DNA of 64,000 nucleotides from Nitrospirota bacterium. GTDB taxonomy: Bacteria > Nitrospirota > UBA9217. The stretch is from NCBI GenBank assembly GCA_963845065.1, contig CAWJQQ010000003.1:255787-319786 (forward strand), written 5' to 3'. Both the position numbers and the translations under genes were made by a program. Below, piece by piece: positions 42,966 to 52,392 of the stretch (the stretch's first letter is position 1; each line of letters starts with the position of its first letter). The notes beneath the pieces are model-generated. The model saw nothing but the letters and a program-made list of their open reading frames with translations. It made no database searches and was not told the origin of the DNA.

Positions 42966-43658
42966 CTATTCATACGGAATAGGATCGTTCATCCCAGCTT
43001 CTCTGAACCCCTTAAGCCTCAACGCGCAGCTCTCGCACCTTCCGCATGCCTTTTCCTCGTTTTGGTAGCAACTCCAGGTTAGATTAAGTGGAGAGCCGAG
43101 CTGAGCGCCTTTCTTCACGATCTCAGATTTTTTCATGTGAATCAATGGGGTTACTATCTCAACCCGAGTTTCCGGCTTTGTGCCAAGTTCGATGACTTTA
43201 TTGAATGCTTGATAGAATGTTTCACGACAGTCAGGATAACCAGAACTGTCTTCCTCTACAGCGCCGATAAATATCTTCCTAGCTCCGATGACTTCTGCCC
43301 AAGACGTAGCTATAGAAAGCAGATGAGCATTGCGGAAAGGAACATAAGTGATTGGAATTGAAGAGGATATAAATTTTGATGTCTGCATCGAGAGATCATC
43401 CGCTTCAGGCACTTTTATGTTCGTATCAGTCAAGGCAGAGCCGCCGATCACTTTGAGATGTTCCAGGCTGACGGTAAGGCGTTTTCTCACTTTATAGTGA
43501 TCAGCAATTTCGTTAAAGGCACGGAGTTCTCGCGCTTCGGTCCGCTGCCCATAGTTTACATGCAGGAAAGCAATCTGGTATTCGTTGTTTGCGATGGCCG
43601 CGCACACGCAACTGTCCATTCCTCCGCTCACGAGAACAATTGCAAGATCATTCTTCAT
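42966..43658 (-). CDS. queC: 7-cyano-7-deazaguanine synthase
   Basis: SGGMDS, YGQR, TYVPFRN, GYPDCR, TWSCY, CGRCESC. Confidence 0.96.
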   Translation of the reverse strand: MKNDLAIVLVSGGMDSCVCAAIANNEYQIAFLHVNYGQRTEARELRAFNEIADHYKVRKRLTVSLEHLKVIGGSALTDTNIKVPEADDLSMQTSKFISSSIPITYVPFRNAHLLSIATSWAEVIGARKIFIGAVEEDSSGYPDCRETFYQAFNKVIELGTKPETRVEIVTPLIHMKKSEIVKKGAQLGSPLNLTWSCYQNEEKACGRCESCALRLKGFREAGMNDPIPYE

Positions 43659-43729
43659 AGGAACAGTTTACCAGTGTCTATGCGAATATTCTACAGCAAT
43701 CTGAAGCGGAGAGGAAATTAAACGGGGCG

Positions 43730-43867
43730 TTAATGCGCCCCGTGGATGAGCACGGGGAGACAGCGAGTGCAGACTGTCTTTTCTTTTCCTTCGTGAAAGC
43801 ACGGCAGATACACTCGTGTTTTGTCGTCGCTACCGCAAACAAAACACTTAATTTCTTTGCTTGCCAT
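43730..43867 (-). CDS. 45-aa Cys-rich microprotein (CxxC...CxxC), absent from the ORF track
   Basis: MASKEIKCFVCGSDDKTRVYLPCFHEGKEKTVCTRCLPVLIHGAH*; GGAGGA RBS; starts 1 nt after the upstream stop codon. Confidence 0.8.
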   Translation of the reverse strand: MASKEIKCFVCGSDDKTRVYLPCFHEGKEKTVCTRCLPVLIHGAH

Positions 43868-43868
43868 A

Positions 43869-44081
43869 TTATTCCTCCAGGGTGTTAATTTCATCAACGA
43901 TTTTATCCGGGTCCATATTGTGCATCATAGACCCGAACGATAGGGACTCCATGTTGATGCCCGGGCATGTAAAACAGCCACCGCCAAAGTGTTTCTGAAT
44001 CACCGCCTTTGCGCCAGGGCTCATCTTTATGATGTCACCAATAATGGAATCTTTAGTCACTTTCTTTTTTTCAGTTATCAT
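43869..44081 (-). CDS. DUF1858-like domain protein
   Basis: AAGGAGG RBS; TKDSIIGDII, GCFTCPG, ESL, MH. Confidence 0.8.
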   Translation of the reverse strand: MITEKKKVTKDSIIGDIIKMSPGAKAVIQKHFGGGCFTCPGINMESLSFGSMMHNMDPDKIVDEINTLEE

Positions 44082-44138
44082 AGTAACCTCCTTAGTTTTT
44101 GCGTTAAACACACGATACCATAAAGGCATCATTACTGT

Positions 44139-44188
44139 TATGACCTGTATCATATTTCATACTTTAATTAATTATGAGCCATATCATA
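44139..44188. promoter_or_regulatory. Two Crp/Fnr-type palindromic boxes TATGA-N6-TCATA
   Basis: TATGAcctgtaTCATA (44139-44154) and TATGAgccataTCATA (44173-44188) in a divergent intergenic region. Confidence 0.72.
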
Positions 44189-44247
44189 GTTTTTCTGCGC
44201 TAAAAACGTTAAAATATGATCAATAAATGATCGGGAGGTTATACGTT

Positions 44248-44661
44248 ATGGATAAATTTGTAAAAGGATTTATTGTAATGAGCGTCGTGTATCTCGGCAT
44301 ATCGGCAGTTCTAGGAGTTATTATGCTGGTCAATCAGAACATGTTGGCCATAAAGTTCGTGCATTCGCATCTCAATATGCTGGGCTGGGTATCCATGATG
44401 ATTTTTGGAGTAGGGTATCACATTCTTCCGCGTTTCATGGGGCGGCCATTGTACAGTAATAGAATTGCAGAAGTGCAATTCTATGTGGCAAACTTCTCAC
44501 TAGTGTCGATGTTGGTTTTTTATACTTTGAACGTCTATAGCGCGAACGACGCCTTCCGGATGATTACTATTGCATCAGGAGGTGTTCAGGCCGTGTCGAT
44601 TTTTCTCTTCTTCTATAATATGCTGATGACGCTGCTAACGAAAGTTGAACAGCCTCATTAA
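44248..44661 (+). CDS. Four-TM membrane protein resembling a heme-copper oxidase subunit I fragment
   Basis: GGGAGG RBS; HSHLNMLGWVSMMIFGVGYHILPRF. Confidence 0.72.
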   Translation: MDKFVKGFIVMSVVYLGISAVLGVIMLVNQNMLAIKFVHSHLNMLGWVSMMIFGVGYHILPRFMGRPLYSNRIAEVQFYVANFSLVSMLVFYTLNVYSANDAFRMITIASGGVQAVSIFLFFYNMLMTLLTKVEQPH

Positions 44662-44756
44662 AAGGAGAGCTGTTTCAGCTATATCGTCAGCCCCCAAAGA
44701 TCACTATCGACAATTAGGAATTACTTCGTCTTTACCTGGCATGGCTGACCGATGTA

Positions 44757-45434
44757 TCACGACGATAAAGCCGTCAATCCATCGAGGTCCTTGATGATGA
44801 TCTTTCCGTTGGTATCGGTTAACAGGCCTTGCTTCTTGAATTTGCTGAAAGTCCTAATAGACGTTTCGACGGTTGTGCCGACCATATCTGCCACATCCTG
44901 TTTCGTCAAACGCATGTCAATCACGATGCCTTCTTTTGTCTTTCCACCGACCTTGTTTGACAGTTTTAATAAAAGTGCCGCTATCCTGGCTTCTACACGC
45001 TCTAGGGCGATATTTTTCAGAGTGTCATAGGAACTTTTCATCCGGTCTCCGAGCTGGAGCGCTATGCAATACATTAGGTTCGGAAAACGATCCACGAGGC
45101 GCATAAGATTTTTTCTCGAGATCTTTAGAACCTCAGAATCTTCCATGGCTACTGAATTAGCAGGGTAAGGGAAATTGCGCAATACTGCTACGCCGCCGAA
45201 GATATCGGTCGGTGAAATAAGCTCGAGGATAATTTCCTTACCCTCATGTGAGAGTTTTGTGATTTTAATCTTTCCCTTCGACACGATATAAAACCATTCA
45301 GGCTGATCGCCTTCAGTAAAGATCTCTTTTCTCTTCTGGACTGATTCTCTTATGAGATAGGGATCGAGTTCCTTGAGTTCGTCATCGGAAAGGTTTTTGA
45401 ACAATTCTATTTTTTTCAAGTTTTTAGCGTTCAC
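44757..45434 (-). CDS. Crp/Fnr-family transcriptional regulator
   Basis: cNMP-binding domain and HTH LTKQDVADMVGTTVETSIR; no Fnr Cys cluster. Confidence 0.92.
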   Translation of the reverse strand: MNAKNLKKIELFKNLSDDELKELDPYLIRESVQKRKEIFTEGDQPEWFYIVSKGKIKITKLSHEGKEIILELISPTDIFGGVAVLRNFPYPANSVAMEDSEVLKISRKNLMRLVDRFPNLMYCIALQLGDRMKSSYDTLKNIALERVEARIAALLLKLSNKVGGKTKEGIVIDMRLTKQDVADMVGTTVETSIRTFSKFKKQGLLTDTNGKIIIKDLDGLTALSS

Positions 45435-45456
45435 GGGCTGTCTACCGTCCTCTCTA

Positions 45457-45909
45457 CTATAAAGAACTTGTCAGTTTCTTCCAATATATTAATTCCGTTG
45501 CTCCAGACATGGTTAAGCCGGGAATTTCCCCGACTTTTCTATAACCTATATTTTTATAGAATGATTGCGCCTTCACATTGAAGGAAGAGACACAAAGGTA
45601 GAAATTTTGAGAATGATACGCAGTTATTGCTTCAGCAAAAGCCATTAATATTTTCCCGATTCCCTGTCTTCGCATATCCGGTAATACGCCAATAGCTCTG
45701 AGATAGCCTCCCCTCGCGAATACAGGTTCAGGCGCAAAGATAATGAAGCCCACAACGCGTCCAGCGTCAATACAGACATAGGTTTGCTTTAGGAAAATAT
45801 AGCGTCTGAAATCGATCTGCTCGTTCAGCGTCTTCCAAGGTTCCGAGACTGATGCAATCTTCTTGCAGGCCGGAATATGAGCCGGCTTCATATGAACGAT
45901 ACGAATCAA
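45457..45909 (-). CDS. GNAT-family N-acetyltransferase
   Basis: VLPDMRRQGIG acetyl-CoA motif; NVKAQSFYKNIGY. Confidence 0.85.
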   Translation of the reverse strand: MIRIVHMKPAHIPACKKIASVSEPWKTLNEQIDFRRYIFLKQTYVCIDAGRVVGFIIFAPEPVFARGGYLRAIGVLPDMRRQGIGKILMAFAEAITAYHSQNFYLCVSSFNVKAQSFYKNIGYRKVGEIPGLTMSGATELIYWKKLTSSL

Positions 45910-46533
45910 TCAAGTATTCTCCTTGAATCTAGATGTTTCATCTTTTAGTTTTTTAAAGATAAGCCGAGCCTGCTTTTCCGTGCTCTCCTGGGACCCTGTA
46001 TTATCGATTACGAAATCGGCATGACATCGCTTTTCGATAAGAGGCATTTGGCTTGATATCCTGGCAAGGGCTTGTTCCCTGGTAATTTTATCGCGTGCAG
46101 TAAGCCGTTTCACCTGCTGCTCGTGTTCTGCGTAGACAACGATGACACGGTCCATTCTGTGATGGTATCCTGTCTCAATCAGTAGTGCGGCATCGAGCAC
46201 GACGATACAATCTGGCTGCCTGTTGCATAAGAGCTTTACCTGTGCGTCATATACGGAAAAAACTTTCGGATGCAAGCAGCTGTTGAGCCATATTCTTTTT
46301 TCGACGTCGTTGAAGACGATATCGCCCAGTTTCCGGCGATCGATACCTTTGTCTTCGCGCATGATGTCATTTCCAAAAAAATTGAGGACCTCTTTAGATG
46401 CCTGTTGGTCAGATTCGAGAAGATCATGGACTATACGATCAGCGTCTATGACATGTGCTCCGAGATCCTTGAATACTCTCGCGACGAGACTTTTACCGCT
46501 TGCGATCCCACCGGTTAATCCAACTTGCAGCAT
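45910..46533 (-). CDS. coaE: Dephospho-CoA kinase
   Basis: GLTGGIASGKS, IDAD, LHP, ALLIE, SQMP. Confidence 0.95.
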   Translation of the reverse strand: MLQVGLTGGIASGKSLVARVFKDLGAHVIDADRIVHDLLESDQQASKEVLNFFGNDIMREDKGIDRRKLGDIVFNDVEKRIWLNSCLHPKVFSVYDAQVKLLCNRQPDCIVVLDAALLIETGYHHRMDRVIVVYAEHEQQVKRLTARDKITREQALARISSQMPLIEKRCHADFVIDNTGSQESTEKQARLIFKKLKDETSRFKENT

Positions 46534-46609
46534 CTGTTTTTCCTTTTCGGCGAAAAATGTTAATCACACGCACCTGCGTGCATCTTGTTTATCACTATCC
46601 GTTTCTATT

Positions 46610-47290
46610 TCATGTTTTTTGAATAAGTCCGAATACCATAGAAGACAAATAAATAATCATATTAATGCTTTTTATTATACCACCTATAAGAAATCTAAGG
46701 TAGTCCTCATGATCGGACATATACAAGTTGATTAGGAAGGCGGTAAAAAGGATGTTGAAGAGAAATATAAGCGGATAGGAAAAAATAGTTCCCTCTTCTT
46801 TTATGTCTTTTTGATCAGTTTGGAGAAAAATCATTGTGAGAATAAGATGAAAGGTGAAACTTACACCCGAAAAAAAAATAAGAGTATTGATAACAGTGCT
46901 TCCTGCTGACGTTGACTTTGCTATATAGTAAAGGACGATGATAAAGAACGTATAAAGAGGGAAAAAGTAGGGGGCTAAAGTGATGATGAAATTCGATTTG
47001 GTTATGGTCACACGGCCACCCCGATCGCTTGCATGAAATGATTTCAAAGTGCCGCCGAATAGCATAGCAAAGAATGCATGGGTTAGCTCATGACCGAAAA
47101 CATAGGTGAGAATTGGTTTTTTGAAAAGAACATGGATTACCAAATAGGCAATGGATCCGCCGGCAAAATAGTAGGGCGCATACGATTTGTATGTAATGGA
47201 AAAAATCATTGAGAAGAGTTGCCAAAGATAGCCCAAACAGAAGGGGACCAACGCAAGTCCTAACAGTATTTTTAAGATTCGCTTCACCAT
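46610..47290 (-). CDS. Membrane metallopeptidase-like protein (M50-like)
   Basis: GHELTH (HExxH), LAPYFFP, several TM helices. Confidence 0.7.
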   Translation of the reverse strand: MVKRILKILLGLALVPFCLGYLWQLFSMIFSITYKSYAPYYFAGGSIAYLVIHVLFKKPILTYVFGHELTHAFFAMLFGGTLKSFHASDRGGRVTITKSNFIITLAPYFFPLYTFFIIVLYYIAKSTSAGSTVINTLIFFSGVSFTFHLILTMIFLQTDQKDIKEEGTIFSYPLIFLFNILFTAFLINLYMSDHEDYLRFLIGGIIKSINMIIYLSSMVFGLIQKT

Positions 47291-47334
47291 AATGTCAGAA
47301 TAGGCTCTCTAGGAGGAACCGTGTAAGCAGATCA

Positions 47335-47652
47335 TTATCCGAGAGCCTGCCTATGAGTTTTTTTCTCAGCAATAAATCCCGGTTCAACCTCATATGCCGT
47401 ATCGCGATATAATACTGAGTTCAGGTACAATTCTGCTTGCATTGTCTTGATCTCTTTCTCGGACTTGATCCGGCCGACTAGGTTGTTCGGGCCAGGGCTG
47501 TTATTCATGGTATTTACGAACCGACACGCCGGTTCAAACTCGAAGGATGGATGTTTTCCAACCAGGAGTGTAAGAATGGTATTCTCGAGTTTGATTTTAC
47601 CTTCTTCAACAAGAGAATCAAGGATACAGTGAGAAAAAAATAGTTTTTCCAT
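47335..47652 (-). CDS. Conserved-looking hypothetical protein
   Basis: 105 aa, codirectional with neighbours, YEVEPGF. Confidence 0.55.
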   Translation of the reverse strand: MEKLFFSHCILDSLVEEGKIKLENTILTLLVGKHPSFEFEPACRFVNTMNNSPGPNNLVGRIKSEKEIKTMQAELYLNSVLYRDTAYEVEPGFIAEKKTHRQALG

Positions 47653-47771
47653 AGAATCAGATCAACATATTGTGAGTTAGTTTGCAAGCAATTGTTGAAC
47701 CGCAGTAAGAAGCAGAACACAAATAAACAGACCTACGGGAAATAGTAAGGCGCATCAGCGACAGGGAAACA

Positions 47772-48857
47772 TCATGTTGTTTTCTGTATGCGGACCAGAA
47801 TGACGATTGATGCAGCACCGAAGAAAATATTCGCAAACCACGCGGCGACCATCGGAGGAAGCATGCCCGAGCGGCCAAGTGAGCCACCTATGCTCCAGAG
47901 GGTCCAGTAAAAAAAAGAAATCACTACAGCGATCGCAATGCCTTTGCCAGCACCGCTGCTACGCACCTTATGAATCGAAAAAGGGATTGACAACATGATC
48001 ACGAGCAAGCTGGAAAAAGGGAATGCGATTTTGTTATATAAGTCTACTTCGTACGAAGAGACTTTATATCCGCTTGATTTAAGTCTCTTGACGTAATCCC
48101 ACAGCTCCTGAAAATTCATTTCCTGGGAATCCTTTACGATCATTCCTAGATCGTTGGGGTTATCTACGATATTAAATATTTCGTCGTCAGAATTGTGATA
48201 GCGTATTTCATTGTTGTCAAACGTAAATGTGCGGCTGTGTTTAAGCCTCCAGTTCCCATTTTCCCAAAGTAGGCTATCGGCCTTGATCCGCTCGTGCACC
48301 GAATAATCTGGGTTTAATTTGTAGATGTTGAGACCGATCATCTCATTTCGGTTAGGAGACACTAGATCGATGTTTGCAATACTGTTGTCGGGGCCGCGGA
48401 GCCAAAGCTTGTGTTGTTGGAACATGACCCGCTGCGGTTTTTTTTCTATTTCCACGTTGCGGACATAGTCGGCGCGAGAACTATAGATGGGAATAACGTA
48501 TTCGGTGTTGAGGAAGGCTAGACCGGAGAGCAGGACACCCCCAACAATCATGGGCATGATGATACGGGCGAGACTCACGCCGCTGGCGCGCATAGCGATG
48601 ATTTCATTGTGGCGTGACAGGTTGCCGAGCGAGAGCAGTGAGGCAATCAGGGTAGCCATAGGGAGAGACAACGAGATCATGTTCGGAATGCTGTAAAGAA
48701 AATACAGACCAACTTGCAAAAGTGTAGCGTGAAACCTGATGAGACGGTCGGCCTTTTGCAAAAACTCCACGCATAGGTACACAACAATTATGCCTGCCAA
48801 GACTCCAACGACAAGCGTGATAAATTCTTTGAATATATGTTTACTGAGTAGTGTCAT
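47772..48857 (-). CDS. lptG: LPS export ABC transporter permease LptG
   Basis: YjgP/YjgQ architecture, EIIAMRASGVS; downstream of lptF. Confidence 0.88.
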   Translation of the reverse strand: MTLLSKHIFKEFITLVVGVLAGIIVVYLCVEFLQKADRLIRFHATLLQVGLYFLYSIPNMISLSLPMATLIASLLSLGNLSRHNEIIAMRASGVSLARIIMPMIVGGVLLSGLAFLNTEYVIPIYSSRADYVRNVEIEKKPQRVMFQQHKLWLRGPDNSIANIDLVSPNRNEMIGLNIYKLNPDYSVHERIKADSLLWENGNWRLKHSRTFTFDNNEIRYHNSDDEIFNIVDNPNDLGMIVKDSQEMNFQELWDYVKRLKSSGYKVSSYEVDLYNKIAFPFSSLLVIMLSIPFSIHKVRSSGAGKGIAIAVVISFFYWTLWSIGGSLGRSGMLPPMVAAWFANIFFGAASIVILVRIQKTT

Positions 48858-48872
48858 CGAAAATATGTTTTT

Positions 48873-50057
48873 TTATGGCAATTTAGGATTTTTGAAGCGC
48901 TTCTTCAGATTGTAATAAATCAAGGCAATATTGTCCAAGACCCCTAAATTTACATCATTGGCTTTTTTGACGACGTAGACCCAGGCAGCTATCAATATGA
49001 AAATGTTTGGGACCCAGAATGCCAACAACGGTGGCGTTGTTCCAGTTTGTGCTAAATTGGCCGCAGAACCGAGGATCATATAGTAAACGAGAAAGACCAG
49101 AAGCGCAATAGCAATACCCGCGGATTTCCCGGAACGATGTTTCCTTATCCCGAGCGGAGCGCCTATCAAACCGAAAATAAGGCATGCAAAAGGGATGGAA
49201 AGTCGCTTATTCAGTTCCGTTTCAAAAGGATACGTAGGTTTCCCCCCCTCTCTGGCCTTACTGATTTCCTGGAGCAGTTCCTTGCTTCCCATGTCCTCAA
49301 GACTTTTTCCGGAATCTCCCTTTGCTGCGGACGAATTGTTGATATCGAGATAGAGGTGTGCTACAGCAAATTTCATGAGTGAATACGATTGGTCATCGGA
49401 CATCGCAGTGTGAATCGAACCGTCCTGCAATGTAAGAGTGATGTTGTACGACTGAGGGTCTGCCGAAAGTTTGCCGTGTTTAGCTATAATGGCGTAAGGT
49501 TCCTTGACCGATCGTTCGTCGAAGATGAATACGCCTTCCATGTTATCAAGAGAGACCATCTTGTCGACGTAAATAACCATACCATCGAATGTCGTACTGA
49601 ATACGCCGGGCTCAATTCCTACTACAGCGCTTGACTTCACCATATTGAACAGATGAATCTTGAGCGCCACATTCGCGGCGGGAACAAGGCTAAGTGATGT
49701 GAACGCAGTAACGATTAAGGTAAATACGGAGAATATAAAGACTGGACGAATCATCCCGTACAAACTGATCCGTGACGCCTTCATAGCGGTTACTTCCGAA
49801 TCTGAGCTCAAACGGGAAAAAGCGGTCAGCGAAGCAACGACGAGAGACATGGGAAGGGTGATGAGCATGAAACTCGGCATGGCATAAGCCAGGAGCTTTA
49901 TAATGGAAAGTAGGGGAACACCTTTCGAAACGACAAGATCCGCCAGTCTGAAAAGCTTGTCAAGGAATAAAACGAGTAGGAGTACCGCCATACTCAGGAA
50001 GAATGGTGGGAGCATCTCGCCGAGTACGTATCGATCCAATATCCTGATTCTGAACAT
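48873..50057 (-). CDS. lptF: LPS export ABC transporter permease LptF
   Basis: ILDRYVLGEM, RLSSDSEVTAMKAS, KRLSIPFAC. Confidence 0.88.
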   Translation of the reverse strand: MFRIRILDRYVLGEMLPPFFLSMAVLLLVLFLDKLFRLADLVVSKGVPLLSIIKLLAYAMPSFMLITLPMSLVVASLTAFSRLSSDSEVTAMKASRISLYGMIRPVFIFSVFTLIVTAFTSLSLVPAANVALKIHLFNMVKSSAVVGIEPGVFSTTFDGMVIYVDKMVSLDNMEGVFIFDERSVKEPYAIIAKHGKLSADPQSYNITLTLQDGSIHTAMSDDQSYSLMKFAVAHLYLDINNSSAAKGDSGKSLEDMGSKELLQEISKAREGGKPTYPFETELNKRLSIPFACLIFGLIGAPLGIRKHRSGKSAGIAIALLVFLVYYMILGSAANLAQTGTTPPLLAFWVPNIFILIAAWVYVVKKANDVNLGVLDNIALIYYNLKKRFKNPKLP

Positions 50058-50058
50058 G

Positions 50059-51879
50059 TTACTTTCTTATCTCTTCGAGGATGTTTTTTTCAATTTTATT
50101 CATTTCAAAATAATCTTTCTCGAGTTCTTCAACATAGAAACGGTCAAGGCCGCTGTTAATTAGAAAATCTTCACGCACTCGATTGTCGCGGGACACAATG
50201 ATGTGAGGGAGAAGATTATTGAGGTAGAATGATTCCTTCCTAATGTCCAGGATGATTTCCTCGAACACGCTGTGCGGTACCGGTCCCTGGACAATTCCTT
50301 TGGACTGGATTTCGCGATTCAGGTCCTGAATAAATATTTCTTGATCTTCCTTCGAATTCAACTCGGCATAGATGCTTCTGAAACGGTCTTTGATATAGCG
50401 GTGTATGGAAGTATACATCTTGTCGTCAGCGTTTACTTTTGAAATGGAGGCAGCAAGATCTCGGTAGGTAGTGTCTCCGGATTCAATTTGTAATAGCCCC
50501 TGGAAGAGCGTATCCACTTTTTTTCTGCCGTACCGCGTCAAATACCGGTTTTCCCGGAGTGCATCGATAAATAGTTCTCGGAAAAGTCCAGGGTCAATCT
50601 GGTCGAAGACCTCCTTGTTTCCAAAGATGCTGCGAGTATTGTCTTCGCCTAGTGTCGAGTTTTCCATGAAGGCAAGGTTGCTGATCATAGTTGCAGTGCT
50701 GTCATAACGGTCAAAGTATGTCAAAATATAACTCATTGCTTCGAGAACGCTCATATCGTTTCGGTCCCGAGCGTACTCATCGCAGGCCCGGACCGTATCG
50801 AGCAGAAGGCCTTCGAATGCCTGGTCTCTGACCAGAGTTGATTTCTGCTTTGCTTTCAAAAGTTTAAGAAGATCTTCATGCGAAATGTGTCCTTTGACCC
50901 TGTCGGTATGGAGGAACAGTCCTTCGAAGATTGCGCGGCTGTCCCGCACATAGTCTGGTTCCTCGACCTCGACAATATTCGTGTCCTTGAGAAGAAGTTC
51001 ATCTAAGGTGTCGAAGAGTGTATGGGGGATATTAAGCCGGAGGCTTAGCGTACGCAGCCTGGAGAGCTTTGCAAGTTCCGATGGGTTTACCTGTCTCTTC
51101 TCAGAAACGGATATCAGAATGTCTTTGTACTCGTCAACGATCTTCTTGTTCTCGGGCAGTTTGTACATCCCGTCAATTTTGATGCGCTCCTGCTGGTAGG
51201 GGTCAATATGATATTTTTTTGCCAAATCATCAAGAAACGTATGTGCTTCTTTAAGAAGTGTTTTTTGTTCTGAATAAAATTTATTGAACGAACAAAAATA
51301 TTCTTCGTTGTGACGGTTCAACAGTCGAAAGAGGAACACTAATGCCCTCGGATCGTCTAAAGATTCGTAAATTTCCCTGCAGAGCTTGGTGTCATCACCG
51401 GCTCCGACGGTCGTGCTCCTCTTCAGATGCTTCCCGATGTTTTTCAGAATTTCGCGCTGAATGTCCTTGATTTCTATTTTCAGGGATGTGTCAAAAAAAA
51501 AGTAGTAGTTTGAAACAGCATTGCCCGTGAGAAAAACGTGTTCGAACGATTCCTTGCCAGTGGTGTCATTAGTAAAGGTAATATTATCAGATTTATCATA
51601 GAACGCTCCATACATGACCAGACGGTTCGATACGTCCTTTCGCAGCAGGTCCTTCAGTGGCAGATCGACGCCAAACATGTATTCACACAGACTGCCGCCG
51701 GTTCCAGTATAGCTGATTCTTTCGGGGTAGATGATGAACTCATTTCTTCCGGAAAAGAAGCGATCACCTTCCGGAAGGGATTCGTAACAATATCGGCTAC
51801 TTAAATCTGCGCCAGTGATAGTAACGAAATAATCAAGATTTTCATTGGCTTTCCCATGCAGCTTAATTTCGCTAATCAT
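50059..51879 (-). CDS. TIGR04442-like protein of unknown function
   Basis: 606 aa; EIKLHG start, GGSLCEYMFG, NRLVMYGA, YQQERIKID, SGLDRFYVEELE; family recalled, not searched. Confidence 0.7.
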   Translation of the reverse strand: MISEIKLHGKANENLDYFVTITGADLSSRYCYESLPEGDRFFSGRNEFIIYPERISYTGTGGSLCEYMFGVDLPLKDLLRKDVSNRLVMYGAFYDKSDNITFTNDTTGKESFEHVFLTGNAVSNYYFFFDTSLKIEIKDIQREILKNIGKHLKRSTTVGAGDDTKLCREIYESLDDPRALVFLFRLLNRHNEEYFCSFNKFYSEQKTLLKEAHTFLDDLAKKYHIDPYQQERIKIDGMYKLPENKKIVDEYKDILISVSEKRQVNPSELAKLSRLRTLSLRLNIPHTLFDTLDELLLKDTNIVEVEEPDYVRDSRAIFEGLFLHTDRVKGHISHEDLLKLLKAKQKSTLVRDQAFEGLLLDTVRACDEYARDRNDMSVLEAMSYILTYFDRYDSTATMISNLAFMENSTLGEDNTRSIFGNKEVFDQIDPGLFRELFIDALRENRYLTRYGRKKVDTLFQGLLQIESGDTTYRDLAASISKVNADDKMYTSIHRYIKDRFRSIYAELNSKEDQEIFIQDLNREIQSKGIVQGPVPHSVFEEIILDIRKESFYLNNLLPHIIVSRDNRVREDFLINSGLDRFYVEELEKDYFEMNKIEKNILEEIRK

Positions 51880-52079
51880 AACAGCTCATTATAGCAAACT
51901 GATGTTATTTTTCATATAAAAAAAGATAGGCGGGCTGAATAAACTAGCTGTCTCTAGCAAAAAATGGTGGCGATGTGTCTTCTTTTCATGACCAAAAGCC
52001 TTTCAACTCCGCAAGCCCGCGGCTTTAGACATGGGGATAGGAGTTGTATTATACAACTATTTGCTGTATAATATGCCGT

Positions 52080-52281
52080 ATGATTGATATAAAGACGTAT
52101 AAGTCCAATAATAATGTAGTTTACAGCTGTAAATATCATGTTGTGTGGTGTCCTAAGTACCGGAAGAGCGTGTTGACCGGCAGTATCGCCGGACGGTTGA
52201 AAGCAATTATCAGGGATGTGGTTTCCGAGAGAAAATCTGAAATTATTGAGATGGAGATAATGCCGGATCACGTACATTTAC
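52080..52281 (+). pseudogene. tnpA: IS200-type Y1 transposase, 5' fragment
   Basis: YSCKYHVVWCPKYRK and MPDHVHL (HUH); sequence diverges right after HUH, so the catalytic Tyr is absent. Confidence 0.88.
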
Positions 52282-52392
52282 CAAACTATCCGCAGAAAGC
52301 CCCTGGTTTTAACCATGGGGATGAAAGCGGGAACTTTGTTTTTCAGCAATTGCTGGACAAATGTATACCTATATGGTATAGTTGAGCAATCA

